25,454 nt of DNA from Candidatus Bathyarchaeia archaeon (GTDB lineage: Archaea > Thermoproteota > Bathyarchaeia > Bathyarchaeales > Bathycorpusculaceae). This document shows positions 1-6,802 of this stretch, piece by piece. The translations under genes and the position numbers were made by a program. Under the pieces are notes generated by a model. It searched no databases. It was not told where the DNA came from and saw only the letters and a list, made by a program, of their open reading frames with translations. The stretch covers positions 1-25,454 of the forward strand of contig JAVZNC010000009.1 of assembly GCA_038882955.1 (NCBI GenBank), read 5' to 3'. The number at the start of each line of letters is the position of its first letter. The first letter of the stretch is position 1.

Positions 1-164
1 CGTTGTTGGATTAGGATGCGGAGTTGTTCTAGGTTTATGGCGATGTGTGCTAGTATGCATCTTTGGTGTGCTTCTGATGCTGGTGTGCAGTGGCTAGAAA
101 GTGTGCAGTGTTTGCAATGGATGTTTTGCCAGAGTTGTAATGGTGTAAATGTGGTTTTCTGCAT
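1..164 (-). CDS. Small Cys/His-rich hypothetical protein, truncated by the window edge (MQKTTFTPLQLWQNIHCKHCTLSSHCTPASEAHQRCILAHIAINLEQLRILIQQ...)
   Basis: Manual translation; ATG at 164 preceded by GAGGTGA RBS; CxxC-x5-C-x9-C pattern; not in the ORF track. Confidence 0.6.
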   Translation of the reverse strand, partial: MQKTTFTPLQLWQNIHCKHCTLSSHCTPASEAHQRCILAHIAINLEQLRILIQQ

Positions 165-166
165 GG

Positions 167-271
167 TTACTGTTCACCTCTGTTTATTGTTCGCCAGAAA
201 CAGCCGAAGCATAGGAGAGCTTTAAGCTGCAGCCATTCAGCGCCTCTTAAACAGTTGCGTCGTGCAGCCAT
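167..271 (-). CDS. 34-aa micro-ORF (MAARRNCLRGAEWLQLKALLCFGCFWRTINRGEQ)
   Basis: Manual translation; fills the gap between the AbrB stop (273) and the next ATG (164) with 1-2 nt spacing; contains CxxC. Confidence 0.4.
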   Translation of the reverse strand: MAARRNCLRGAEWLQLKALLCFGCFWRTINRGEQ

Positions 272-272
272 G

Positions 273-458
273 TTATACGCTCTCCTTAGGTTTTGATGGT
301 TTAGGGATTAGGGGCGCAATTTTGAGGACGCGGTTTACTTCTATGGCTACGGCTTCTATGCGTGTGCCTGTTTCCTTCTCATAATATTCTATCCAGTCTT
401 TTGGTAGGCAAACCGCCTTGGAGTTGCCTATTTCAAAGATTTTGCGTATTATAGGCAT
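273..458 (-). CDS. AbrB/MazE/SpoVT-family DNA-binding protein
   Basis: RKIFEIGNSKAVCLPKDW swapped-hairpin signature; ATG at 458 after GAAGTGA RBS (track start 467). Confidence 0.8.
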   Translation of the reverse strand: MPIIRKIFEIGNSKAVCLPKDWIEYYEKETGTRIEAVAIEVNRVLKIAPLIPKPSKPKESV

Positions 459-564
459 TTTAATCACTTCGCTTTAAACAAAGTTTAAATGTTGTTAGAA
501 GACTGTAATATTGTTTTGAATTGCAGTATTGCAGTACTGCAAACTTGACGGGGAGAATTGCAAT

Positions 565-1143
565 ATGCGAATAGGCATATTTGAAGGGAAAAAGGCAGAT
601 TATAACCGTAAAATCCTAAAACTTCTAGTTGAAAAAGAACCGTTAAAGGCGTGGGATATTGCTAAACAAATAACTAAAGGAAGTATGGATAAAACGCAAG
701 ATGTCTACAGCACTCTTATAAGAAAAAACGGAAGGTTAGACGAGCTTATTCAAAAAGAATACCTCACCATGTTGCCTAATAAAAGATATTCTCCAACATT
801 TAAAGGAATTATAGCTTACCTTCACATGGAACAACATCCTAAAATTTCAGAATCCTACAATAACATTCTGTCCTTAACTTCACAAATTCCAGACAATTTC
901 ACCATGCCATTTTTAGGGTTCAACGTGGATACTAGATTCATTAAAAAACAGCTGGAAAAATTAAGTTTAAAACGTGAGGCACTCCAAGCTATTAAAAACA
1001 CTTTATACGAGGAAAATCTTCAATGGATAGATTTAGACAGCATCCACGAAAAAGAGCTTGCCATAATAATCCTTTTAAGATTAGCCTTTAAAGATGCACA
1101 ATTAACCGATGAGTTGAAAATGCTATTCCAGCAATTAGAGTAA
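565..1143 (+). CDS. Winged-helix (HTH) domain protein, probable transcriptional regulator
   Basis: N-terminal ILKLLVEKEPLKAWDIAKQI...RLDELIQKEYL...RYSPTFKG wHTH pattern; ATG at 565 after GGGAG (track start 529); divergent from the AbrB gene. Confidence 0.65.
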   Translation: MRIGIFEGKKADYNRKILKLLVEKEPLKAWDIAKQITKGSMDKTQDVYSTLIRKNGRLDELIQKEYLTMLPNKRYSPTFKGIIAYLHMEQHPKISESYNNILSLTSQIPDNFTMPFLGFNVDTRFIKKQLEKLSLKREALQAIKNTLYEENLQWIDLDSIHEKELAIIILLRLAFKDAQLTDELKMLFQQLE

Positions 1144-1197
1144 ATGTAATTTGACAAACGTAAAATCTTTAAACAATTTTGGCAAAGTTTAAATTTG

Positions 1198-1356
1198 ATG
1201 CGTATGCCTCGCATGTTGACTTTTAAAGGTAAAACTGATAATCCAGTTAGGGATGTATGCGCCTACTGCGGTTTAAAGTTCAACGTTGGAGACCATGTTA
1301 TACGCACGTGTAAACGCTACTATCACGCTTCATGCTTCGAGAAGCTGCTGCATTAG
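1198..1356 (+). CDS. 52-aa zinc-finger protein, C-x2-C-x18-H-x2-C (LIM-half/treble-clef-like)
   Basis: Manual translation MRMPRMLTFKGKTDNPVRDVCAYCGLKFNVGDHVIRTCKRYYHASCFEKLLH; TTTAAA TATA at 1168-1173 suits a leaderless start; below the ORF-track cutoff. Confidence 0.7.
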   Translation: MRMPRMLTFKGKTDNPVRDVCAYCGLKFNVGDHVIRTCKRYYHASCFEKLLH

Positions 1357-1370
1357 CAAAAGTTATAAAC
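1357..1370 (+). promoter_or_regulatory. BRE-TATA promoter for the ORF at 1394
   Basis: CAAAAG-TTATAAA ending about 25 nt upstream of the GTG at 1394 (leaderless geometry). Confidence 0.55.
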
Positions 1371-1393
1371 TGTAGTGCATACAAATATATACG

Positions 1394-1711
1394 GTGAAAC
1401 TTGTGAAAGTCCGAACAAGCATCTTAATAGAAGAAGCAATTTTAAGAAAAGCTCAAGAAATAGGCATAAACGTTTCACAATTCTGTGAAAACGCTTTAAA
1501 AGCTGCAATAACCGCGTTAGAAGCTGCACAACAACAAATAGCTTCAAATCAAACCAGAAAAGAGAAGGGGGGAAGCGCGAAAACCTCCTCGGGGTTTTCG
1601 CAGTGGACCGGGCGGGATTTGAACCCGCGACCTCCCGAGTGCAAGTCGGGCGTTCATACCAGACTGAACTACCGGCCCACACATGTTCTTCATAATCACC
1701 TTCTGAATTAA
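1394..1711 (+). CDS. CcdA-like ribbon-helix-helix protein whose frame reads through tRNA-Ala antisense; possible N-terminal fragment of a split (SSV1-type) integrase
   Basis: RTSILIEEAILRKAQEIGINVSQFCENAL is an RHH/CcdA pattern; WTGRDLNPRPPECKSGVHTRLNYRP is the antisense tRNA translation. Confidence 0.6.
   Translation: MKLVKVRTSILIEEAILRKAQEIGINVSQFCENALKAAITALEAAQQQIASNQTRKEKGGSAKTSSGFSQWTGRDLNPRPPECKSGVHTRLNYRPTHVLHNHLLN
1555..1601 (-). terminator. Hairpin plus pyrimidine tract immediately 3' of tRNA-Ala
   Basis: GCGAAAACC...GGTTTTCGC 9-bp perfect stem (1577-1601) followed on the minus strand by CTTCCCCCCTTCTCTTTTCT. Confidence 0.45.
1604..1678 (-). tRNA. tRNA-Ala(TGC), intronless, CCA not encoded
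   Basis: GGGCCGGTAGTTCAGTCTGGTATGAACGCCCGACTTGCACTCGGGAGGTCGCGGGTTCAAATCCCGCCCGGTCCA: cloverleaf, anticodon arm CCCGA-CT-TGC-AC-TCGGG, G3:U70 Ala determinant, GTTCAAATC T-loop. Confidence 0.97.
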
Positions 1712-1718
1712 GTTTTCC
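1704..1718 (-). promoter_or_regulatory. BRE-TATA for tRNA-Ala
   Basis: GGAAAA-CTTAATTC on the minus strand about 30 nt upstream of the mature 5' end. Confidence 0.45.
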
Positions 1719-1749
1719 TATGCATAAAATTTGTATATCGTTCACGCAG

Positions 1750-1762
1750 CGAACCTTTTATC
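1750..1762 (+). promoter_or_regulatory. BRE-TATA for the C/D-box sRNA
   Basis: CGAACC-TTTTAT ending about 24 nt upstream of the sRNA 5' stem. Confidence 0.5.
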
Positions 1763-1784
1763 TTTGTTTTCACTTATTGTTTTT

Positions 1785-1848
1785 GCCGGATGATGAGAAG
1801 GCATTAGATTGACAACTTTGGATGAAATTTCAGAGTTACTCGGACGGC
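1785..1848 (+). ncRNA. Archaeal double-guide C/D-box sRNA (2'-O-methylation guide), predicted to target 23S rRNA around H69-H71
   Basis: GCCG stem; box C ATGATGA (1790-1796); 12-nt guide; D' TTGA (1809-1812); C' TGGATGA (1819-1825); guide; D CGGA (1841-1844); CGGC closing stem. Guides are antisense to the rRNA-like motifs AAUGCCUU and AGUAACUCUGA. Confidence 0.8.
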
Positions 1849-1907
1849 TTGATACAGTAAGTTTTATGAAGCGTTGTTTTGAGTCTTGTCGGATACTGCC
1901 ATTACTT

Positions 1908-2705
1908 TTACTTCATTTCTGTTGCTAATTGTTTTAAGGCTTTTCTTGCGAAGGTTATGTAGCCAGTATGCGCCGTCATCAGAGTTTGGGGTCTGGTTTT
2001 ACCCCTTTCTATTTGCATACCCCGCATTAGGCATTCAACAGTTTCTACGTCGATGAAATGGTTTTCTTTTAGGGCTTCAACGGTTTTGATAACTTGGTCT
2101 ATTGTTGGACTGAAGGAGACTGTGGTTCCACTGGGCTTTAGGGCTTTATAAGCGTGTGGGATAACAAGCCACGGTGTCGCCATGTCTAAGATAACTGCGT
2201 CCAAGTTGTTTTCATCTATTCCAGCCGTAATATCCTTGTTTTTAAGTTCGACGTAGTCCGCTAAACCGGCGCGTTTTATGTTTTTCTCCGCTGTTTCAAT
2301 GAACTCTTTTCTGACCTCGTAGCTATATACGCGACCGTTTGGCTTAACATAGTGGGCTAGGGCTGTTGTTAATGCTCCTGTTCCTGTTCCAGCCTCCACA
2401 ACTCGGCTGCTTGGGCCTATTCCACTGAAAATTATGATTAGGGCTATATCCTTTGGATAGGTGATTTGGGTTCGTCTAACAGCCTTCATTATGTAATCGC
2501 GCAGTAGCGGTTTTAGAATTGTGAATTGCACGCCGAGGCTGCTTGTGACCATTGAGCCGTACTCTTTTCCGATTAGGTCGTCAAATCTTATGAAGCCTTT
2601 GTGGGTGTGGAAGGTTTTGCCAGCCTCAACCTTGACAAGGTATGTTCTCTTCTGGTCTAAGTACAAGAGTACATAGTTGCCTTCCATTATTTTTTGACCT
2701 GGCAA
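1908..2705 (-). CDS. trmI: tRNA (adenine-N1)-methyltransferase, TrmI/GCD14 family
   Basis: QITYPKD, VVEAGTGTGALT SAM motif, ILDMATPW and HTGYITFARK motifs. Confidence 0.93.
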   Translation of the reverse strand: MPGQKIMEGNYVLLYLDQKRTYLVKVEAGKTFHTHKGFIRFDDLIGKEYGSMVTSSLGVQFTILKPLLRDYIMKAVRRTQITYPKDIALIIIFSGIGPSSRVVEAGTGTGALTTALAHYVKPNGRVYSYEVRKEFIETAEKNIKRAGLADYVELKNKDITAGIDENNLDAVILDMATPWLVIPHAYKALKPSGTTVSFSPTIDQVIKTVEALKENHFIDVETVECLMRGMQIERGKTRPQTLMTAHTGYITFARKALKQLATEMK

Positions 2706-2717
2706 GCCCTTTCACAC

Positions 2718-4196
2718 TTATGGCGTATATTTGAAGGGATGCTTTGCCCTTTCCTTGTTTTCTATTAACTCGTCTATTGTTGGTCTTCCCTCTATGGCTT
2801 TTCTTATTGCGTGGCGCATAGCCTTATAATTGTTTATGTAAACGCGTTGCCTGTCCACGGCTGATGGGTGTACAAAGACATTCGCAATTATAACTAAATC
2901 TTCCATCGCTTCCTTTGGAATTGTGCCATCTGCGACGCTGTCCACAACGGCTTTGGCTGCCGCTGTTTGGGCTGGTCCGTAAACAAGGCTGGCTTGTCGC
3001 ATACTCGTAATTGTGACTGTTGGAACAATAAGCGTTAAGGGTTTAACGGTCAAGTTCGGCTCTAATATAGCTAAGAGTGGCTCATGCCCTGGTGTTGGAG
3101 TAGCCTTAGCCTTAATAAAGGCTGCACCTACTGGGCCGTCTTTCTTGCCTATAACTAGGTCTATGTGAGCTACTTCTGCACCCGACCCAGCTAGTGCCTC
3201 ACCCACTCGGAGGTTAAAGTCTTTTATGACTTCAGGGGTTATGTCAATGGTCACGAAGCGCTGCTCAAGTGGTTTTTCTTCAATTTCGAAGGTTACGGGT
3301 TTTGGCTCTATTTTGCCGATTTTTTCAAGGTCTAGGCGGAGTTCTTCCCGAGCCTCGTAGGTTAGTTCTCCCCCAACGCTGAGGGGCTGCCTTACGGGGC
3401 CAGCTTTTATTTTCATCATGTTTAAGGCGGCTTTGGTTCCAACCGGTCCGCTTCCAGCTATTATGCGGGCTATTTTCTGAACTTTGTACTGAAGTTCGCG
3501 AGCTTTTTGCAATTCGCCATTCTTTATGTAGTTGTATATTTGAACCCAAATGTCTGGTATAACGTTGGCGCTTGCAAGGATGGCACCTGAGCATCCTGCC
3601 GCTAATGCTGCCACAACAACTTCGTCGTGTCCGCACAACACATTGATTTTGTCTCTAACCTTTTCCAGCACAGCAAGTATGTAGTTAAGTTGTCCACTAC
3701 TATCTTTTAAGCCTACAATGTTTGGGATTTGAGCCAAGTCTTCCACCATTTGCCATGTAAGCTGTACGCTTGTGCATTGTGGAATATTGTAAAGTATTAT
3801 GGGAATGTCAACCTTGTTTGCTATGGTGTCGAAGTGCTCATATATTCCGCGGTCTGCCGGCTTCAAGTAGAATGGTGTAACGATTAGGGCGGCGTCAGCG
3901 CCAACATCCTTAGCATATTTTGTCATTTCTAAGGCTTGGTCTGTCCCGCTTGCTCCAGTTCCGGCGACTACTGGAACCCGCCCGTTAACCTCATCTACAA
4001 CAACTTTTATGACTCGTTTTCGTTCTTCAGTTGTCATGTTTACGAATTCACCTGTTGTGCCGCATGGAACAACGCCGTGGACGCCTAACTCTACGCACCG
4101 GTTAACCAGAAATCGCAGTCTATTTTCGTCAACGGCTTTTCCATCGTCGGTGAAGGGTGTTACAAGCGCTGGGAAAATTCCTTCGGGCTTAAACAT
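2718..4196 (-). CDS. Fusion of a DapA/NAL-family class I pyruvate aldolase (N-term) and a formaldehyde-activating enzyme Fae domain (C-term)
   Basis: GTTGE, TPFY, LYNIP and GLKDSSG (Schiff-base Lys); C-term VGEALAG..EVAHIDLVIG..PLLAILEPNL..KP..GPAQ..VFVHP..HPF is Fae. ATG at 4196 after AGAGG (track start 4259). Confidence 0.88.
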   Translation of the reverse strand: MFKPEGIFPALVTPFTDDGKAVDENRLRFLVNRCVELGVHGVVPCGTTGEFVNMTTEERKRVIKVVVDEVNGRVPVVAGTGASGTDQALEMTKYAKDVGADAALIVTPFYLKPADRGIYEHFDTIANKVDIPIILYNIPQCTSVQLTWQMVEDLAQIPNIVGLKDSSGQLNYILAVLEKVRDKINVLCGHDEVVVAALAAGCSGAILASANVIPDIWVQIYNYIKNGELQKARELQYKVQKIARIIAGSGPVGTKAALNMMKIKAGPVRQPLSVGGELTYEAREELRLDLEKIGKIEPKPVTFEIEEKPLEQRFVTIDITPEVIKDFNLRVGEALAGSGAEVAHIDLVIGKKDGPVGAAFIKAKATPTPGHEPLLAILEPNLTVKPLTLIVPTVTITSMRQASLVYGPAQTAAAKAVVDSVADGTIPKEAMEDLVIIANVFVHPSAVDRQRVYINNYKAMRHAIRKAIEGRPTIDELIENKERAKHPFKYTP

Positions 4197-4278
4197 GTTT
4201 TTTCCTCTTGAATTACCATAAATGTTAAACAATTTAAGCTTTGAATAAGAATTGTGCAACTCTGTTGGAGGAAATCAT

Positions 4279-5562
4279 TTGAAAGCGATTAGGGAAAAAT
4301 TGCTGATCGATGAGAAAAATCTTAGAGAGGTTAACGCCTTCCTTTTGCGGGAAGATAATCCCCTCGTTAATGGAATTCTTGATATAGTTGAAAGGTATGG
4401 CGGAGTTGAGGAAATAAACCGTAAAGCCGAAGAGAATAGCAAACTTGAAAACCTTATGAAACGCCTTGAAGAGAAAAAGTTGCCTTTTGTAAAGGACCTT
4501 GAGTGGCTGATAAAGCAGCGGGATAAAGGTGCGTTTGTAAGCATACAAGAGTATCACAGAAAAATCCTTGGGAAAAAAGCGGAATCCATGCGTTTTGACG
4601 AGTCCTTTGCCGTCACGCTTGAAATCAGTGCATGTAACTTTTTCCCATGGCTCATTGAAGAGGCTAAGAAGGCCATCAAGCAGCAAGACCTCATGCCAGC
4701 CCGCTACATCCGCGTCCGCTCAATGAAAGAACAGGTTGAAGACGGCGATATTCTGGCTTTTGCTGCCGCAATGCAGATTATTGGGGCGTCTTATGTGCAG
4801 ACACTAGACACAAAGGGGACAATGCTTGGACCAGATGGAAAACCAATAAACGTCCATTTGGGTGGACCGGAAACGATAACTGGGTATTTTGGCGGCGTCG
4901 GCGTTCCAAACGAGTACGTTTTAAAATGGGTTGAAGAGTATCTGCATTACCATACGGAATACGGTGTTAAACAAGTTTTGAATACGAATTCCGGAACCGT
5001 GTTGCTTGGCTATTTGCTTTATAAACTTGGAATAGACATTGAATTCAAAATTTCAGTATTCCTCGGGAATGATAATCCATACTCGATTTTGTGGACGCTT
5101 ATGACCGCCAAGCTCTTCAGCCGGGAAGATGGAGCAACACCCCTTGTTGGATTTAACCTATCAAACTCTGTGGATAATCGTACCATTGAGCTTTCAGCCT
5201 ACATGAGGAAAACCTTCGGATTTGAGGACATCGTGCGCATAGAACATCATATTACAGAAGCCTACAAAAGCATTGTTAGGCAGCCATACGACCGTCTAGA
5301 TGAACTTTTAGAAATAGCGGACCACGTGAAAAACATAAGCGCCAAGCACGAGGGCGCACCGCCAGAAGTGGAGAAAAACCGAGAACACCCTTCAGATATT
5401 CTTGATTATTTCATGCCAAAAAAGGAAATATTGGAAAAGGGATTAATGCCGAAACTCTTAGCCAACTACCTAGACAAACACGACGCCGTGAACAGGACAG
5501 CAAAAGCTCTAACAGAAAAAGGCTTAACATTCATCGCAGCTCAAAACCTACACAAAAAGTAG
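4279..5562 (+). CDS. Uncharacterised soluble protein (427 aa), enzyme-like
   Basis: Long ORF with Gly/His/acidic motifs (TLDTKGT, HLGGPETITGYFGGVG, RIEHHITE, KHEG); TTG at 4279 after GGAGGA (track start 4252). Confidence 0.8.
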   Translation: MKAIREKLLIDEKNLREVNAFLLREDNPLVNGILDIVERYGGVEEINRKAEENSKLENLMKRLEEKKLPFVKDLEWLIKQRDKGAFVSIQEYHRKILGKKAESMRFDESFAVTLEISACNFFPWLIEEAKKAIKQQDLMPARYIRVRSMKEQVEDGDILAFAAAMQIIGASYVQTLDTKGTMLGPDGKPINVHLGGPETITGYFGGVGVPNEYVLKWVEEYLHYHTEYGVKQVLNTNSGTVLLGYLLYKLGIDIEFKISVFLGNDNPYSILWTLMTAKLFSREDGATPLVGFNLSNSVDNRTIELSAYMRKTFGFEDIVRIEHHITEAYKSIVRQPYDRLDELLEIADHVKNISAKHEGAPPEVEKNREHPSDILDYFMPKKEILEKGLMPKLLANYLDKHDAVNRTAKALTEKGLTFIAAQNLHKK

Positions 5563-5572
5563 CGGTGGCTGT

Positions 5573-6286
5573 TCACCAATATTGCTTGGGTTTCCGAAAC
5601 ACTAGGTAGGCTGTTGTAGCCAAAAAGAACACCGTTGTAACCGCTAAAACGGCTATGGTGCTTCGAGTTCCGCTTAGCTCCCCCTCATATTGCTTTTGAA
5701 TGTTTGTTAGGTTATCGCGGAGTTGAGTCAGAGTGCTATTAAGATTTGACAGTTCATTTTGAAGGCGCGTTAAATTCTCCCTCAACATAGCATTTTCATT
5801 TCTTAAATTCTCAAGCTCTAAACTCTTTAAATAACTCATAATAACCGGCAATTCCCGTTCATATGAGACTGCTTCTCCAGTGCCCCTAAGCGTCCACTTC
5901 AATACGAGTTTACCGTAAATCAAATTGGTTGCATATTCAGGAATAAGCACCTCGTAAGTTTTATTGAACCATTCCCCATTTCCCAAAAGTTTAGGCGCAG
6001 AGATGTGAAAGACGCTGTAGAAAAGAATTTCTTCCTTTGTCATGTTGTGGAGTACATATAAATCCAATTGAGTACAATTGACTGTTAAAGTGGTTAATGC
6101 TTTTGTTGCAACGTTAATAGTTATGTTTTGATTAGGATAGGTTTCAAATGGGTACTCAATTCTCACCTCAATACCAGCGAAGGAATACGTGTAAACTCGT
6201 AAAGTTACCTCTGCCCTAACGTTGTACACCAAGACCATAATAAGCGATGTGAGCAGTACTAAAGTCAAGATTTTCTGTTTCAACAT
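5573..6286 (-). CDS. Membrane-anchored surface protein: signal peptide, beta-rich domain, coiled coil, C-terminal TM
   Basis: Hydrophobic N-term ending VRA|E; several N-x-S/T sequons; heptad repeat LENLRNENAMLRENL...; C-term TM followed by RKPK. Confidence 0.75.
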   Translation of the reverse strand: MLKQKILTLVLLTSLIMVLVYNVRAEVTLRVYTYSFAGIEVRIEYPFETYPNQNITINVATKALTTLTVNCTQLDLYVLHNMTKEEILFYSVFHISAPKLLGNGEWFNKTYEVLIPEYATNLIYGKLVLKWTLRGTGEAVSYERELPVIMSYLKSLELENLRNENAMLRENLTRLQNELSNLNSTLTQLRDNLTNIQKQYEGELSGTRSTIAVLAVTTVFFLATTAYLVFRKPKQYW

Positions 6287-6412
6287 CGTCCAGACCTCAA
6301 TCAAGCGATTTAATAACCGTATTCCGGAAATTTATTTAATGGTTTTTTATTCTTCTTTTGCTATTTACCCGCATTTAAAACGTGTTTTTTAAATTTTAAT
6401 GCTTAATAATGG

Positions 6413-6679
6413 CTATTTTATTGAGCGGATGAAGCGTTGGTACATGTATATGAAATAGATAAGGGCGAAAAATGTTAGAACTATTTCAAATGTTAGTATT
6501 GCTGGGTTGTTTTCTACAGCCATGAAGTAACCGTGTTGCATTATATCCGTGAAGACTAGGATTTGGAGGAATATGGCTCCTCCTAGGCAGCTTAAGCCTA
6601 AGCTGTGGATCAGTATTAGTATGCGTCTGTCGATTTTCGCTGCTGCTTTCATGGGAGTATCGTGTGTATTAAGATTCAT
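6413..6679 (-). CDS. Small two-TM membrane protein
   Basis: Two hydrophobic segments; fills the intergenic gap. Confidence 0.65.
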   Translation of the reverse strand: MNLNTHDTPMKAAAKIDRRILILIHSLGLSCLGGAIFLQILVFTDIMQHGYFMAVENNPAILTFEIVLTFFALIYFIYMYQRFIRSIK

Positions 6680-6802
6680 CTGAAAACTTATAGGTTATGA
6701 ATCTTAAGACATTACGAAGCCTTATGATTAAGCTTGCTGACTTAAAATTAGCATTTAACGGAAATATGCGCGTTTATTTTTGGTTTTACCGAGATGGCGG
6801 CT

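Larger units (their letters stand above)
1..1603. mobile_element. Probable right end of an integrated element (provirus/integrative plasmid) at the 3' end of tRNA-Ala; continues beyond the left edge
   Basis: Cluster of small, tightly packed DNA-binding and Zn-finger ORFs abutting the tRNA 3' end; an ORF runs into the tRNA antisense. No integrase catalytic domain or second att copy in the window. Confidence 0.5.

Noticed and set aside
16-225. 69-aa + strand ORF
   Set aside because: Antisense shadow of the minus-strand micro-ORFs, which have an RBS and operon-like packing.
1394-1560. CcdA/CcdB or MazEF toxin-antitoxin pair
   Set aside because: No recognisable toxin (CcdB, PIN, MazF, RelE) lies next to either the RHH or the AbrB gene.
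1604-1678. tRNA intron or split tRNA
   Set aside because: The 75-nt cloverleaf is complete, with no bulge-helix-bulge insertion.
1353-1745. 130-aa minus-strand ORF
   Set aside because: Runs through the tRNA in sense and is antisense to the RHH gene; no protein motif.
2718-4196. Annotation as dapA (lysine biosynthesis)
   Set aside because: The ASA-binding Arg position is Cys, the protein is fused to Fae, and no lysine-pathway genes are nearby.
6680-6802. Possible second C/D-box sRNA (ATGA.../CTGA words)
   Set aside because: No proper RTGATGA box, box spacing or terminal stem.
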